A stretch of 64,000 nucleotides of DNA from Thermoanaerobaculia bacterium (GTDB taxonomy: Bacteria; Acidobacteriota; Thermoanaerobaculia; Multivoradales; Multivoraceae): the NCBI GenBank assembly GCA_963664405.1, contig OY761158.1, positions 4,736,001 to 4,800,000 on the forward strand, written 5' to 3'. A program made the translations under genes and the position numbers. How positions within the stretch are numbered: position 1 is the first letter of the stretch; the number at the start of each line of letters is the position of its first letter. The notes below the pieces were generated by a model. It saw only the letters and a list, made by a program, of their open reading frames with translations. It did no database searches and was not told the DNA's origin. Below are positions 51,172 through 61,555 of this stretch, one piece after another.

Positions 51172-51658
51172 ATGCTGAGATCGCGCACCGCGCCGAAGAT
51201 GAAGTCGTGCCTGCACTGGACGGCCGCACTCGTACTCCTTACCGCACTACCCGCCACGGCGATAGACGGGCCGACTCTCCCTATGGCGAAGGCCGAGTCG
51301 GTCGGCATGTCGTCCGAGCGCTTAGCGCGCATCAACGCCCACATGCAGCAGTACATCGACAACGACATGATCGCGGGCGCGGTGACCCTGGTTGCGCGCA
51401 AAGGCAAAGTCATCCACCTCGAGGCGCAGGGATCGCGCTACAGGGAAGAGAACATTCCCATGACGACCGACACCATCTTCACCTTGGCGTCGATGACCAA
51501 GCCGATCGCCTCGACGGCGCTCATGATGCTCTTCGAAGAGGGCCTCTTCCGCCTCGACGACCCGATCTCGAAGTGGTTGCCCGAATACAAAGACCACAAG
51601 GTGCGCCTGAAAGGCGGCCCGATCGCACGAACCGTGCCGCAGGAGCGCCCGGTCACAG
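51172..51658 (+). pseudogene. Beta-lactamase-like serine hydrolase, 5' part
   Basis: GGAGG RBS, signal peptide, ASMTK (SxxK), LDDPISKWLPE; interrupted after RPVT. Confidence 0.85.
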
Positions 51659-51736
51659 CTTGGGTTCAAGGGGTCGTCGCAACGTTGCCTTGGTGAGCAG
51701 AGTGTACAAACTCATCGAAGACTTCGGCAGGGGTTC
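51659..51736 (-). mobile_element. IS30-family right-end remnant (78 bp)
   Basis: Near-identical to 52151-52228. Confidence 0.85.
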
Positions 51737-52150
51737 TGAGCGGTCACGGTTTCGTGGACACCAAGTTAAGCCCCATCGGGGCAGTTCCTATTCTGCATCA
51801 GTTCGGGTAGTCAGCTTCGGACGAGGCTGTGCGAGGTTCGGGGAGCGCAGCCTCCCTTCGGATCCGACCGCCGGTCGCGCGTGAGTTCACGCTGCCCCTT
51901 CGAAGGCCTCGGGGCTCAGGAATCCGAGCGTCGAATGCTGGCGTCTCAGGTTGTAGAACACTTCGAGGTAAGAAACCGCTTCGTCGTGAGCTCGCTGACG
52001 AGTCTCGAAGGGTCGGTCCCAGACCTCGGTCTTGAGACTGTCGAAGAAGCTCTCCAAGACCGCATTGTCATAACAATTTCCGACGCCGGACATGCTGCAG
52101 CGAAACCGCAGCTCAGCCAGCCGATCCTGGTAAGCCTTCGAGGCGTACTG
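51737..52150 (-). mobile_element. IS3-family right-end fragment (orfB C-terminus plus IR)
   Basis: QYAS..SMS..GNCYDNAVLESFFDSLKTE..FYN..RQHSTLG..SP; terminus TGAGCGGTCACGGTTTCGTGGACA. Confidence 0.85.
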
Positions 52151-53602
52151 CTTGGGTTCAAGGAGTCGTCGCAGCGTTGCCTTGGTGAGCAGAGTGTACA
52201 AGCTCATCGAAGACTTCGGCAGGGGTTCTCCAGCCGAGGGTCTTGCGGGGTCGGCCGTTGAGTGCGAGCGCGACCGCGGCGAGGTCGTCGCAGGAGTATC
52301 TGACAAGGTCGGTGCCCTTCGGGAAGTACTGGCGTAGTAGTCCGTTGGTGTTCTCGTTGGTGCCCCGCTGCCAGGGGCTGTGCGGGTCGCAGAAGTAGAT
52401 CGCGAGGCCGGTATCGACGCGGAGTTGAGCGTGTTGAGCCATCTCGGCGCCCTGGTCCCAGGTCAAGGACCGGCGGAGCTGCTCGGGCAGCGTGGTGATT
52501 GACACCGCGATCGCGTCACGGACGGCTTCGGCGCCGTGCCCGGCGAGGGCCGGCCCGTTCTTCACCCTCGATTCGGTCCCGTGCCCTTCCATGCGGGGCA
52601 GGTGCAGCAGCATCGTGAACCGCGTAGTGCGTTCGACGAGGGTCCCGATCGCTGAGCTCTCGAGCCCGACGATCAGGTCGCCTTCCCAGTGACCCGGCAC
52701 GGCCCTGTCGCCGGCTTCGGCGGGGCGTTCGCTGATCATGATCTCCGGAGTTACAAATTTCTTGCCTCTCCCCCGGGTTCGCGCATGCGGCACTCGTAGC
52801 GCTCGCCCGGTTCGCAGGCACGCGACGAGCTCGCGTTTGAGGGCTCCTCGACCTTGGATGTAGAGCGCTTGGTAGATCGCCTCGTGAGAGATCCGCATCG
52901 ACTCATTATGGGGGAAATCAATCCGAAGCCGGTTCGAGATCTGCTCCGGACTCCAGGATTTCGCCCAACGCCGATCCTGGCGACGGCCGTGCCGACGGCC
53001 GATCCAACGCACATCCGGACCCGGCACCAGCTCCCCGTCAGGCCTTGCGATCACGCCGGCGAGGCGGTTCTGCACGTACTCACGCAAGGCATCGTTCGCG
53101 GCAAGCTTGGAGACCTTCGGACGGCTGGCGCGCCGCTCCGCGTGCCACTGCGCAGTCGTGGCCCGATAAGTTACGGCACGGCTGCGAGTCGCCGCGTTGC
53201 GGCGCAGCTCCCGCGAAATCGTCGACGGTGAACGACCCAGGCGGCGAGCGATCTCACGTACCCCAACATGCTGAGCGTGAAGGATGGCGATCTCTTCACG
53301 CTCGGCGAACGACAGATAACGCCCCGACACCGGAGCCAACGAGATAGGTCGCATTCCACCAGCTTGCCTGAACCATCTCGACCCGACAGCCGGCGACACC
53401 CCAGCCTCTGTTGCGGCGTCCTCGCTGGACGCCCCACGAGCGATCGTCTCCCAGAACCGGATCCGGTCCTCGCGCCGCGCTGTCGAGGGCCGGCCAGGTG
53501 ACCGCATCTGGCCACGCATCGCTCGAATCGCACCCTGACACTTGCCAACTCCCATCGAAACACCTCCATCACGAGATGTTGCGACGACCAGTTGAATCCG
53601 CC
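52151..53602 (-). mobile_element. IS30-family insertion sequence
   Basis: Imperfect IRs GGNTTCAANNNGTCGTCGCA; full transposase. Confidence 0.9.
52158..53555 (-). CDS. tnp: IS30-family transposase
   Basis: LSFAEREEI, WSPEQIS, GHWEGDL, SLTWDQG.EM, SPWQRGTNENTNGLLRQYFPKG. Confidence 0.95.
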   Translation of the reverse strand: MGVGKCQGAIRAMRGQMRSPGRPSTARREDRIRFWETIARGASSEDAATEAGVSPAVGSRWFRQAGGMRPISLAPVSGRYLSFAEREEIAILHAQHVGVREIARRLGRSPSTISRELRRNAATRSRAVTYRATTAQWHAERRASRPKVSKLAANDALREYVQNRLAGVIARPDGELVPGPDVRWIGRRHGRRQDRRWAKSWSPEQISNRLRIDFPHNESMRISHEAIYQALYIQGRGALKRELVACLRTGRALRVPHARTRGRGKKFVTPEIMISERPAEAGDRAVPGHWEGDLIVGLESSAIGTLVERTTRFTMLLHLPRMEGHGTESRVKNGPALAGHGAEAVRDAIAVSITTLPEQLRRSLTWDQGAEMAQHAQLRVDTGLAIYFCDPHSPWQRGTNENTNGLLRQYFPKGTDLVRYSCDDLAAVALALNGRPRKTLGWRTPAEVFDELVHSAHQGNAATTP

Positions 53603-54447
53603 CAGTACGCCACGTTCTCACTCACACCTCGGGTCTGACCTTCAGTCCCGAGGGCAGTGGCCTCACTGAAGAGCAGCGTAGAGAAGCCACCAATGACGGC
53701 AAGGGCTTCGACACTCTGGCCGAGCAGATCGAGGCGGCGGCAGTGATCCCAGGCGCCTTTCATCCCGGCGACCATTGGCAGTACGGCGTATCGACCGACT
53801 ACGTTGCCATCCTGGTCGAGAAGATCTCGGGCGAATCGCTCGACGACTTCTTGCGCGAGCGCATCTTCGAGCCGCTGGGCATGGTCGACACCCACTACAA
53901 CGTCCCGCGCGCCAAGGTCGATCGCCTCGCTGCCATCTACGAGCCGAACGACGACGGCACCATCGAGCTCATGCGCCCACCGAAGTATCAAGAGCCCACC
54001 CGTCACTTTCGCGGCGTCACCGGTCTCAAGTCGACGCCGGCCGACTACTTCCGCTTCGCTCAGATGATCGCCAACGGTGGTGAGCTCGACGGCAAGAGGA
54101 TCATCGGCCGGATGACCGTGGACAACATGATCACCAACCACATCGGCGGCGACAAGCTCGTCTACGTTCGTGGCCCCGGCTACGGCTTCGGACTCGGCTT
54201 CGGCGTCCTGATCAACCCGGCCGAGGCGGCCGATGCCCTTTCGGTCGGCAGCTACACCTGGGGGGGCGCGTACGGCACCCTCTACTGGGCCGATCCGGTC
54301 GAAGATCTCATCGGCCTCATGTTCATCCAGGTGAGGCCCTACACCCACATCGCCCGCCAGCTCTACTCGAACGTGGTCACCCAGGCGGTAGTAGACAGTC
54401 TGGCAGATCAGCGTCCGAAGATCATGGGCTACGCGACTCCGCGCTGA
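53603..54447 (+). pseudogene. Serine hydrolase, 3' part
   Basis: VRHVLTHTSGL continues the 5' part in frame; PGDHWQYG, IFEPLGMVDT, WGGAYGT. Confidence 0.85.
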
Positions 54448-54454
54448 TCTCCCT

Positions 54455-54732
54455 GTGCCTGTAGCGAAAAGGCCGGAGCTCACCTTCGAGGTGCTCTCGC
54501 TCGAGCACGGTCTTTCCCAGACCATCGTGGAGTGCATGCTGCTCGACCGTCGCGGCTTCCTCTGGTTCGGCACCCAGGACGGCCTCAATCGCTACGACGG
54601 GTACGAGTTCAAGGTCTTCCGCCGCGAGCCGGACGATGAGTCGACTCTGAGCTACAAAGATATCCGCTGCTTGCTCGAGGACCGCAGAGCGACGACATCA
54701 CCGTGATCGTCGTCAAAGCGTCTCTCACCTAG
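54455..54732 (+). pseudogene. Beta-propeller sensor / SpoIIE(PP2C) phosphatase with nearly all internal sequence deleted
   Basis: GLSQ..DRRGFLWFGTQDGLNRYDG N-terminus abutting, out of frame, PQSDDITVIVVK..* C-terminus. Confidence 0.7.
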
Positions 54733-54791
54733 AGCGTCGTGTGTACGTAGACGAATGCGTGTACGATCCGGTGACCGCCGAGGATAGAGCC

Positions 54792-55646
54792 ATGCCTCAG
54801 ATCGACCAGTTCGAATCCGTCTTCAAGTCTGCCTCGAAGACCCTCTACGAGCACGCGGAGGTCGAGATCGGCCCTGTGCTCGTGGTCACCGACCTACCGC
54901 CGGCAGAGGCGGATACGTTCGCCGGCAGAGTGGGGGACTTTCTGAGCATCCTTGGTGCCGATTTCAGCTTGCGGATCGTGGCAGGCGAGGAGTACACGAG
55001 TGCCGAGGATCTCCTCCGCCTCGTAGAGGAGGCGGCTCCGGACCTGGTCGTTACCTACCGCAATCTCGGCACGACCTCGTGGAAGTTCCCCCACAGCCTC
55101 GGCGATTGTGTCGACGTTTTGACTCAGGTGGCCGAGCCCTCGGTGCTCCTGCTACCGCACCCCTTGGCGGGCCGTGCGCTCGACCATGCTCTAGAGAACA
55201 CCGACCGGGTGATGTGCGTTACAGGCTATCTCACCGGCGACCATCGGCTGGTCAACCTCGGGGTTCGCTTCACCCATCGGGGCGGAACGCTGTATCTGGC
55301 CCACGTCGAGGACGACACCGTCTTCGAGCAATACATGCAGACGATCTCGAAGATCCCTGAGATCGATACCAACCTGGCCCGCGACACCATCCGCCAGCAG
55401 CTGCTGAAGGAGCCGCGCGACTACATAGAATCCTGTCGCACAGTGCTCCGCGAGGCAGGGGTCGAAGTGAGGGTCGAGGACGTAGTGACCCTTGGCCATC
55501 GGGTTTCCACCTACCGCGGCTTCGTTCAGACCTACGAGCTGGACCTCTTGGTGCTGCACACCAAGGACCAGGAGCAGCTCGCCATGCACGGGCTGGCCTA
55601 CCCTCTCGCGGTGGAGCTCCGGGAGATCCCGCTCCTCCTACTGTGA
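54792..55646 (+). CDS. Universal-stress-protein-like tandem-domain protein
   Basis: VLVVTDL, PDLVV, SLG..V.VL, LYLAHVED, DLLVL, IPLLLL. Confidence 0.65.
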   Translation: MPQIDQFESVFKSASKTLYEHAEVEIGPVLVVTDLPPAEADTFAGRVGDFLSILGADFSLRIVAGEEYTSAEDLLRLVEEAAPDLVVTYRNLGTTSWKFPHSLGDCVDVLTQVAEPSVLLLPHPLAGRALDHALENTDRVMCVTGYLTGDHRLVNLGVRFTHRGGTLYLAHVEDDTVFEQYMQTISKIPEIDTNLARDTIRQQLLKEPRDYIESCRTVLREAGVEVRVEDVVTLGHRVSTYRGFVQTYELDLLVLHTKDQEQLAMHGLAYPLAVELREIPLLLL

Positions 55647-57025
55647 TGGAAGAGCACGCCGTCCCGCTGGGGATCACCCTTCTTTTCGTCGGCGTTCTCG
55701 GCGCCATGATCGTCAGCCTCGCGCTGGAGGAGAAGATCCACGCGAAGAAGTCGATCATCGTGGCCTGCTTCGCGGTGGTCTCACTCCTCATGGCGACCTT
55801 CCTCGGCAAGCCGGACGGGCTGCTGCCCTTCGGCCCGGTGCTGGTGGGTGGGCACGAGATCAACATGCCGGTCTACATTCCGGCGATCGACTGGGGCGTC
55901 ATCGCGATCATTCTGGGCTCCAGTCTCTTTGTAGACGTCACCTCCAAGAGCGGTCTCTTCACCTGGATCGCGATCCGGTTGACCAAAGCCTCGGCGGGCG
56001 AGCCTCGCCGGCTCCTCTGGTGCTACGGGATCATGACCGTCGTCTTCAGCGCGGTGCTGAACAACGTGACCGCGATGATCATCGTGGGCTCGCTCACCAC
56101 CGTCTCGTTGGCGAAGCTGGAGCGCAACGACAAGCTCCTGGGGTTCCTGCTCATCGAGGGGCTGCTGACCAACGTCGGCGGACTGCTCACCCTGATCAGC
56201 TCGGTTCCCAACATCATCGTCGGCACCGCCGCCGGAATCTCCTTCGTGGAGTTTTTTCTGAAGGCCAGCCCCTTCGTGATGGTGGGCACGATCATCACTC
56301 TCTTGATGGGCGCGAAGCTCTTCGGCATCGAGAAGCTCGCTAGCGACCAAGAGCGCGAAGAGGCGAAGAGGTTGGTGGCCGGCTTCGACGAGAACGACGG
56401 TATCGAGAGTGAGGGCTTCTTCTGGTTCGGCACCGTCATGACCGGCTTGTTCATATTGGTGATCGCCACCACCTCGGCGCTGCCTGGAATCAGCAGTCTG
56501 GGAATGGGTTTCGTGGCCCTCTCCTTCGCTGCCATCATGCTCGTGCGTTTCAAGGCAGCGGTGGAGCAGTTCTACAGGGCGCTCGACTGGGACCTACTGG
56601 CCTTCTTCGCCGGCCTCTTCATCGTCATCAACGTCATGGAGCACGCCCACGTCCTCGACCTCATCGGCAAGGGTCTGGTGAAAATCATCGCGCTGGGCGA
56701 CATCGCCGGTACCGGGGCCGTTCTGGTGGCGAGCGCCGCCTTCAGCTCGGTGACCGACAACATCCCTCTCGCCGTCATGCTCTCCAAGATCCTCGTCAAC
56801 CTGGGTACCCCCGCAGACTCCCCGCTGTGGTGGGCGGTGGTCTTCGGTGCCAACCTCGGCGGCAACCTCACTCCCATCGGCTCGGCCTCGACTCTCGTGG
56901 CCGTAGCGATCATGCACAAGCACAAGCTCCCCATGACTTTCGGCTCCTTCGTCAAGGCAGCGGTCCCCTACGCCGCCATCCAGATCGCACTGGCAACCGC
57001 CTACGTTCTGCTCTTCCTTCGCTAG
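55643..57025 (+). CDS. ArsB/NhaD/SLC13-type ion transporter
   Basis: SAVLNNVTA, NVGGLLTLISSVPN, SSVTDNIP, GANLGGNLTPIGSAS. Confidence 0.88.
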   Translation: MMEEHAVPLGITLLFVGVLGAMIVSLALEEKIHAKKSIIVACFAVVSLLMATFLGKPDGLLPFGPVLVGGHEINMPVYIPAIDWGVIAIILGSSLFVDVTSKSGLFTWIAIRLTKASAGEPRRLLWCYGIMTVVFSAVLNNVTAMIIVGSLTTVSLAKLERNDKLLGFLLIEGLLTNVGGLLTLISSVPNIIVGTAAGISFVEFFLKASPFVMVGTIITLLMGAKLFGIEKLASDQEREEAKRLVAGFDENDGIESEGFFWFGTVMTGLFILVIATTSALPGISSLGMGFVALSFAAIMLVRFKAAVEQFYRALDWDLLAFFAGLFIVINVMEHAHVLDLIGKGLVKIIALGDIAGTGAVLVASAAFSSVTDNIPLAVMLSKILVNLGTPADSPLWWAVVFGANLGGNLTPIGSASTLVAVAIMHKHKLPMTFGSFVKAAVPYAAIQIALATAYVLLFLR

Positions 57026-57139
57026 GAGCGTGTCCGAGAATTCGGACAGGCGAGTAGTTCTTAGGGGGGGATGGGCCGGAGAACGGGCCGCAGGCCCGCT
57101 GTCCGGGGCTAGGCGATTGGCGGCAGGATAGGTCGCGTC

Positions 57140-57298
57140 TCAGGGCTCCGTTCGTTGGCCGGCCTTGACTCGCCCGAGCAGTGGATGACGCCCGATGTCC
57201 GCGGCCAGATCGCCGAGTCGAATGACTGTCTCCAGTGTGTCGGCTCGGAAACCGCTCGATGCTGCTTGCCGCTCGAGCAGCTGAGAATCAATTCTCAT
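57140..57298 (-). pseudogene. AbiEii-type nucleotidyltransferase toxin, N-terminal remnant
   Basis: MRIDSQLLERQAASSGFRADTLETVIRL..IGRHPLLGRV overlapping the AbiEi stop; ends before the KGGTA motif. Confidence 0.7.
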
Positions 57299-58085
57299 CC
57301 GGTTCCCTTGCAGTCGTTTGGCTCTCGGGCACGATCACGTTCCAGCGTTCGTTGAGCTCTCCACCGCGTCGATTGCGGACCAGGTAGTGAGGCGACTTGG
57401 GTCGGTGGCGCTGCAATGCGACGAGATAATCTTCCGGCACGTAGAACGTGTTCTGGTAGCGCTCCAGGAACCAACCAATTGCTGCCCAGACAGTCTTGGA
57501 GTCGTAGACCCGAAGGACCTCTCCTAGTAGATCGAGGTCAAGTACGGCGAAGCCGGCAGCGGAGTCGACGAGCTCATCCAGACCTCCCGCGAGGTCGAGT
57601 CGGTGAAAGCAGTCCGCTAGAGTGCGCTCTGGGCCGGTGGTGATGAGTGCCCTGTTGCCTCGTTCCAGCCGACGTACACCGAGGAGTTCCTTACCTCCCC
57701 TAGCGAGGGGCTGTGGGTGTTGGATGAAACGCACGGTCGTTCCTCCGAGGGGTAGGGGGCGCCTTCGCTGATTTGTAAGCACGGTTACGGAGCTCCAGGC
57801 GGAATGGGCTACCCCGAGCAACTCGAGAGCCGAGTGGTGACTGAATACCGCGTCACTTCGGATGGTGGCAGCCACCAGGAAGGGGTCGGGCAGGAACGAC
57901 GTTGGATCGACGCCGGGCGGAATAGATGCGTATACACCCCTTCCCACCGACTTCAGTCGACCGCGGGCCATGTGGTACTTGAGCCGCTGTCGGATCGCAT
58001 GCTCAGCCCCGTTGTTGGCCAACGCCTCCTTGGCCTCGCTTAGGCTGAAGACTGGGTGGGTCTGCAGATAGGTGGAGGTGTTCAT
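57288..58085 (-). CDS. AbiEi-family (type IV TA) antitoxin/regulator
   Basis: VFSLSEA, GRLKSVGRGVY, FSHHSALELLG, TGPERTLADC. Confidence 0.8.
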   Translation of the reverse strand: MNTSTYLQTHPVFSLSEAKEALANNGAEHAIRQRLKYHMARGRLKSVGRGVYASIPPGVDPTSFLPDPFLVAATIRSDAVFSHHSALELLGVAHSAWSSVTVLTNQRRRPLPLGGTTVRFIQHPQPLARGGKELLGVRRLERGNRALITTGPERTLADCFHRLDLAGGLDELVDSAAGFAVLDLDLLGEVLRVYDSKTVWAAIGWFLERYQNTFYVPEDYLVALQRHRPKSPHYLVRNRRGGELNERWNVIVPESQTTAREPDEN

Positions 58086-58126
58086 CTCGCTTGATAATTC
58101 GCGTGGGAACCCGAGCCACCATGAAG

Positions 58127-58145
58127 AGGGTGATATTATTACCCT
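58127..58145. promoter_or_regulatory. Palindrome upstream of abiEi, possible operator
   Basis: AGGGTGATA-T-TATTACCCT. Confidence 0.3.
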
Positions 58146-58211
58146 TAATGACTCAGAGCATCAAGTCGTTTCTTCGTGGGCTCAGCGTGTTTGGGGGCAG
58201 CTGTTCGGCAA

Positions 58212-58283
58212 GCCGAGGTCAGTCGCAGGTCCATCGTAATCACCTCAGCGCCGTGCCTGCGGGCGAGAACGGCGTTGAGCATG
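58212..58283 (-). repeat. 72-bp copy of part of the vapC at 61938-62009
   Basis: 4 mismatches in 72 nt; encodes ML.AVLARRHGAEVITMD.RLTSA. Confidence 0.85.
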
Positions 58284-58307
58284 ACAAGCCTGACCTTGGG
58301 GCTGTCG

Positions 58308-60374
58308 CTAACGCAGAAGGGTGGGGTGTTCGCTGTCTTCGGCGCTCGTCTTCTGCGTAAAGACGCGGAACTCCTGCCACCACGCCGCCGCCTCTTCGCG
58401 GCTCCAAGTGCCGACGTTGGCCAGCGCGTCGAGCTTGTCGTAGAGCGCTTCGGCGCTGATCGGCCGCTCGTCAGGGTCCTTCGCGAGGCACCACAGCAGC
58501 ACGTCTTCCAACTCTTCGGGTACCGGTTTGCCGAGGCGGTCCGTCGGGCGCTCGGGCTCGGTACTGATGTGATGGTTGATGATCTCCGCGAGGGTCGCGC
58601 CTTCGAAGATATGGGTGCCGGTGACCAGGAAGTAGCCAACGGCACCGAGGGCGTAGATGTCGCTGCGCGCATCGACGTTCTCGGCGTCGCGTATGGCCTC
58701 CGGCGAGAGGTATCGCGGCGTCCCGAGCACGTCGCCCGCAACCGTGACATCGATCGCGTCGCCCGCATCGAGAAGCTTCACCAGTCCGAAGTCGAGCACC
58801 TTGAGATGGTCGGGCATGGCGGGGCGGTTCCCGACCATCAGGTTGGCCGGTTTGATGTCGCGGTGCACGATGCCGAGTGCGTGCGCCTCCGACAGCGATC
58901 CGCACGCCTGCTTCAACAGAAAGATGGCGCGCGCCGCCGGCAGCGGTCCCGCCTCTGTGACCAACTGCTCGAGGGTGACGCCATCGACATATTCCATCGC
59001 GTAGTAGAACGCGCCGTCGGGGCTGGTGCCGTAGTCGTAGATGGCGACCGTGTTGTGGTGCGAGAGTTGTGCGGTGTTCTGCACCTCGCGCTCGAAGCGC
59101 ACTTGGCGCTCCGAATCGGCAAGCTCGCGCGGCAGTAGTTTGATCGCCGTCGGGCGTTTCAGCATCGCGTGGGTGGCGTGGTAGACCTCGCCCATCCCGC
59201 CCTTGCCGATCCTTTCACCCAGCGTGTACTGCCCAAGGCGTTGTGCTTCGTTGACCTTGGTGCGCATCGTCTGCAACGAGTAGTTATAGATACCCGCCCC
59301 GATCGCCGCCAGACCGAGCAGTCCGAAGAGGATCCAGAGCCGGCGGCGCAGGATGTCGACATACGAGTAGGCCTCCGAGACGTCCTGCTCGGTCGCGATG
59401 CCGATCTCGTATTCGTCGATCCAGGTCCACGCCCCAACCACCGGAACCCCGCGGTAATCCGGGTAGCCATCGACGTCGCTTTCGACCGCGCTTCGTCCCT
59501 CTTCGCGCAACGCGAGCGCGGACGCCGCCATCTTCGTCAGCGGTCGGGCCTTGAGCGGCGTCGTGGGCTCGAATCCCTCGACCATGTTGCCGCCAGGGTT
59601 GCGCACCTCGACATTGAGAATCGACCGCTCGCCTTCGTCCAGGATCCCCAGTGCGCGCAGATCATCTCCGAACCGGCTGTAGGAGATCATCGTCCCTTCT
59701 GGATCGAAAGCGTAGGTCTCCGCAGACTCGCCGACTCGGCCCTTCTCGAGCTGATCGGTGAAGCGTGTCGGATCGAGTACGAACGCGAGCCAGCTGCCGT
59801 TGTCGCCGAGTCGCGTGAGGACGACGATGAAGAGATCCTCGCCGACCTTCCGCGGCGGCATGACGATCGTTTGTCGCTCCGTAGCCAGATAGGGTTGAAT
59901 GACGGGGGAGCGAGTTCCGATCGACTCGGGTCGCGGCGAGGCCAGGAACCGGCCACTGCCATCGAGGATGGCGTGTCCCAGATAACCATTCGTCTCGACC
60001 GCATCGCGCAGGGCGGCCGCCATCTCCGCCTGTAGCGGAGACGCCGCCAGATCCTCGGCATCCGTTTTCGCCAGGCCTGCACTGATCGACTGAACGGCCT
60101 CGCGCGTCGCCATGACCTCGGCCGTCTTGACGGCATTATCGAGCCAGCCGAGCACCGCCTCGACATTGGCGCTGAGAATGCTTTCGAGCCCGTCGCGCAG
60201 ATCGCGGCGCATCGCATTCTCCATCGATACCCGGGTCCAAACCCCGACGCCCAAGAGGACGATCGTGATCCCGATCGGAATCCACCAAGATTTGCGACGC
60301 CCCCGCGCAAGCGTCGCCGAGCCGAACCCGCGCGAGAGCTTCCCGATGCGGCTGCGTGAGGCGGAAGTAGCCAT
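58308..60374 (-). CDS. Membrane Ser/Thr protein kinase with extracytoplasmic Cache-like sensor
   Basis: TM-sensor(DYRGVPVVGAW)-TM; [32 protein letters not shown]. Confidence 0.9.
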   Translation of the reverse strand: MATSASRSRIGKLSRGFGSATLARGRRKSWWIPIGITIVLLGVGVWTRVSMENAMRRDLRDGLESILSANVEAVLGWLDNAVKTAEVMATREAVQSISAGLAKTDAEDLAASPLQAEMAAALRDAVETNGYLGHAILDGSGRFLASPRPESIGTRSPVIQPYLATERQTIVMPPRKVGEDLFIVVLTRLGDNGSWLAFVLDPTRFTDQLEKGRVGESAETYAFDPEGTMISYSRFGDDLRALGILDEGERSILNVEVRNPGGNMVEGFEPTTPLKARPLTKMAASALALREEGRSAVESDVDGYPDYRGVPVVGAWTWIDEYEIGIATEQDVSEAYSYVDILRRRLWILFGLLGLAAIGAGIYNYSLQTMRTKVNEAQRLGQYTLGERIGKGGMGEVYHATHAMLKRPTAIKLLPRELADSERQVRFEREVQNTAQLSHHNTVAIYDYGTSPDGAFYYAMEYVDGVTLEQLVTEAGPLPAARAIFLLKQACGSLSEAHALGIVHRDIKPANLMVGNRPAMPDHLKVLDFGLVKLLDAGDAIDVTVAGDVLGTPRYLSPEAIRDAENVDARSDIYALGAVGYFLVTGTHIFEGATLAEIINHHISTEPERPTDRLGKPVPEELEDVLLWCLAKDPDERPISAEALYDKLDALANVGTWSREEAAAWWQEFRVFTQKTSAEDSEHPTLLR

Positions 60375-60558
60375 GCGGGAGCAATCTTACTCAGATCGGC
60401 GGGCGCGTTCATCGTCACCTTCGCCGGGTGCTCGAACTTTCAGATCGATGCGCCGTATCTCACTCGTGGTAGCTTTTAGCGCCGCAACGCTTCAACAAAT
60501 GGAATTGCCTTCGCTGTCTGGATCCTCGACATCTCGAGGTGACAAAGGAGATTGCCCC

Positions 60559-61140
60559 ATGATTCGAACGAGGACCACGACACTACTGACCGTGCTCGCC
60601 CTGGCCGTCTTGGCTGCCACTTTTTCCGGCTGCGCGTCGACCAGCGCCGGCAGTGTTGCTGCCGATGTTCCGGCGGCCCCGCAGAAGAAGGCGTTTGTTC
60701 CCCCCTCCTATGAGGCCGCAGAGTATGCCAGCGAGGAGTACGGCTTCTCGGTTCACTACCCCTCGGACTTTCAGGAGCAGCCAGGCGCGGGACTCTTCGC
60801 TGCCGCCTCTGCCAGCCAGGTTCCTCGAATCGACATTACGCTCATTCCAGGCTCGCCCGACGCTTCACCCGAGACCATAGCGAGCGGGTTGGAGGCTGGG
60901 TTGGCGGAGCTCGGCGGAGGCGAGGCGAACGTCACCGCGTCCAAAGAGACCACTCTCCAGGACGGGGTCACGCCGGCCCTCGAGTTGATGGTCGACTGGA
61001 GCTTCCAGGGCTTCCCGATCTCGAGCATCGTGCTGATCACAGAGGCCGGCGGTCAGATGATCAACGTCCAGGTGACTACGATGGAGGGAGGCGTCGACGA
61101 CCTGGTCAGGGAGATCGCCTACACCCTCTACCTCGACTAG
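60559..61140 (+). CDS. Lipoprotein, PsbP/Mog1-like
   Basis: AAGGAG RBS; lipobox FSGC; YGFSVHYPSDF. Confidence 0.7.
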   Translation: MIRTRTTTLLTVLALAVLAATFSGCASTSAGSVAADVPAAPQKKAFVPPSYEAAEYASEEYGFSVHYPSDFQEQPGAGLFAAASASQVPRIDITLIPGSPDASPETIASGLEAGLAELGGGEANVTASKETTLQDGVTPALELMVDWSFQGFPISSIVLITEAGGQMINVQVTTMEGGVDDLVREIAYTLYLD

Positions 61141-61153
61141 AGAGACAGCGCCG

Positions 61154-61555
61154 CTACCAGAAAACCACTTGGAGCCCCGGGATCCGCCGGAAGCTCCTCT
61201 CGTCTCGGGTCACCACATCGAGACCGCGTCCCAGGGCGGTCGCCGCGATGATCATGTCGTGTGCGCCGACCGCCGTTCCCTCCGCCGCCAGCGCTGCCGA
61301 TAGTCGGGCATGGATCCGTGCCGCCACCAGGTTGAAGGCTACGACTGGAAGGCTCGAGAGCAGAGTTTCGCCCCAGGCCTCTCGGAGCGATCGTAGGGCC
61401 TCATCGTCGGCTCCATACACACTGTGCATCAGCTCCGAGGCTGTCACCACCGAGATCGCGAGGTCCTCGTCTTCGTAGCCCTCGAGAGCGCGATCCAGAT
61501 CGAGATCGCCGCGCTCGACGGCGACCAGAACGCTCGAATCGATCAGGGCTCCCAA
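61154..61555 (-). CDS. vapC: PIN-domain toxin
   Basis: LIDSSVL, TASEL, GAHDMIIAATA, VTRDERSF. Confidence 0.88.
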   Translation of the reverse strand: MGALIDSSVLVAVERGDLDLDRALEGYEDEDLAISVVTASELMHSVYGADDEALRSLREAWGETLLSSLPVVAFNLVAARIHARLSAALAAEGTAVGAHDMIIAATALGRGLDVVTRDERSFRRIPGLQVVFW

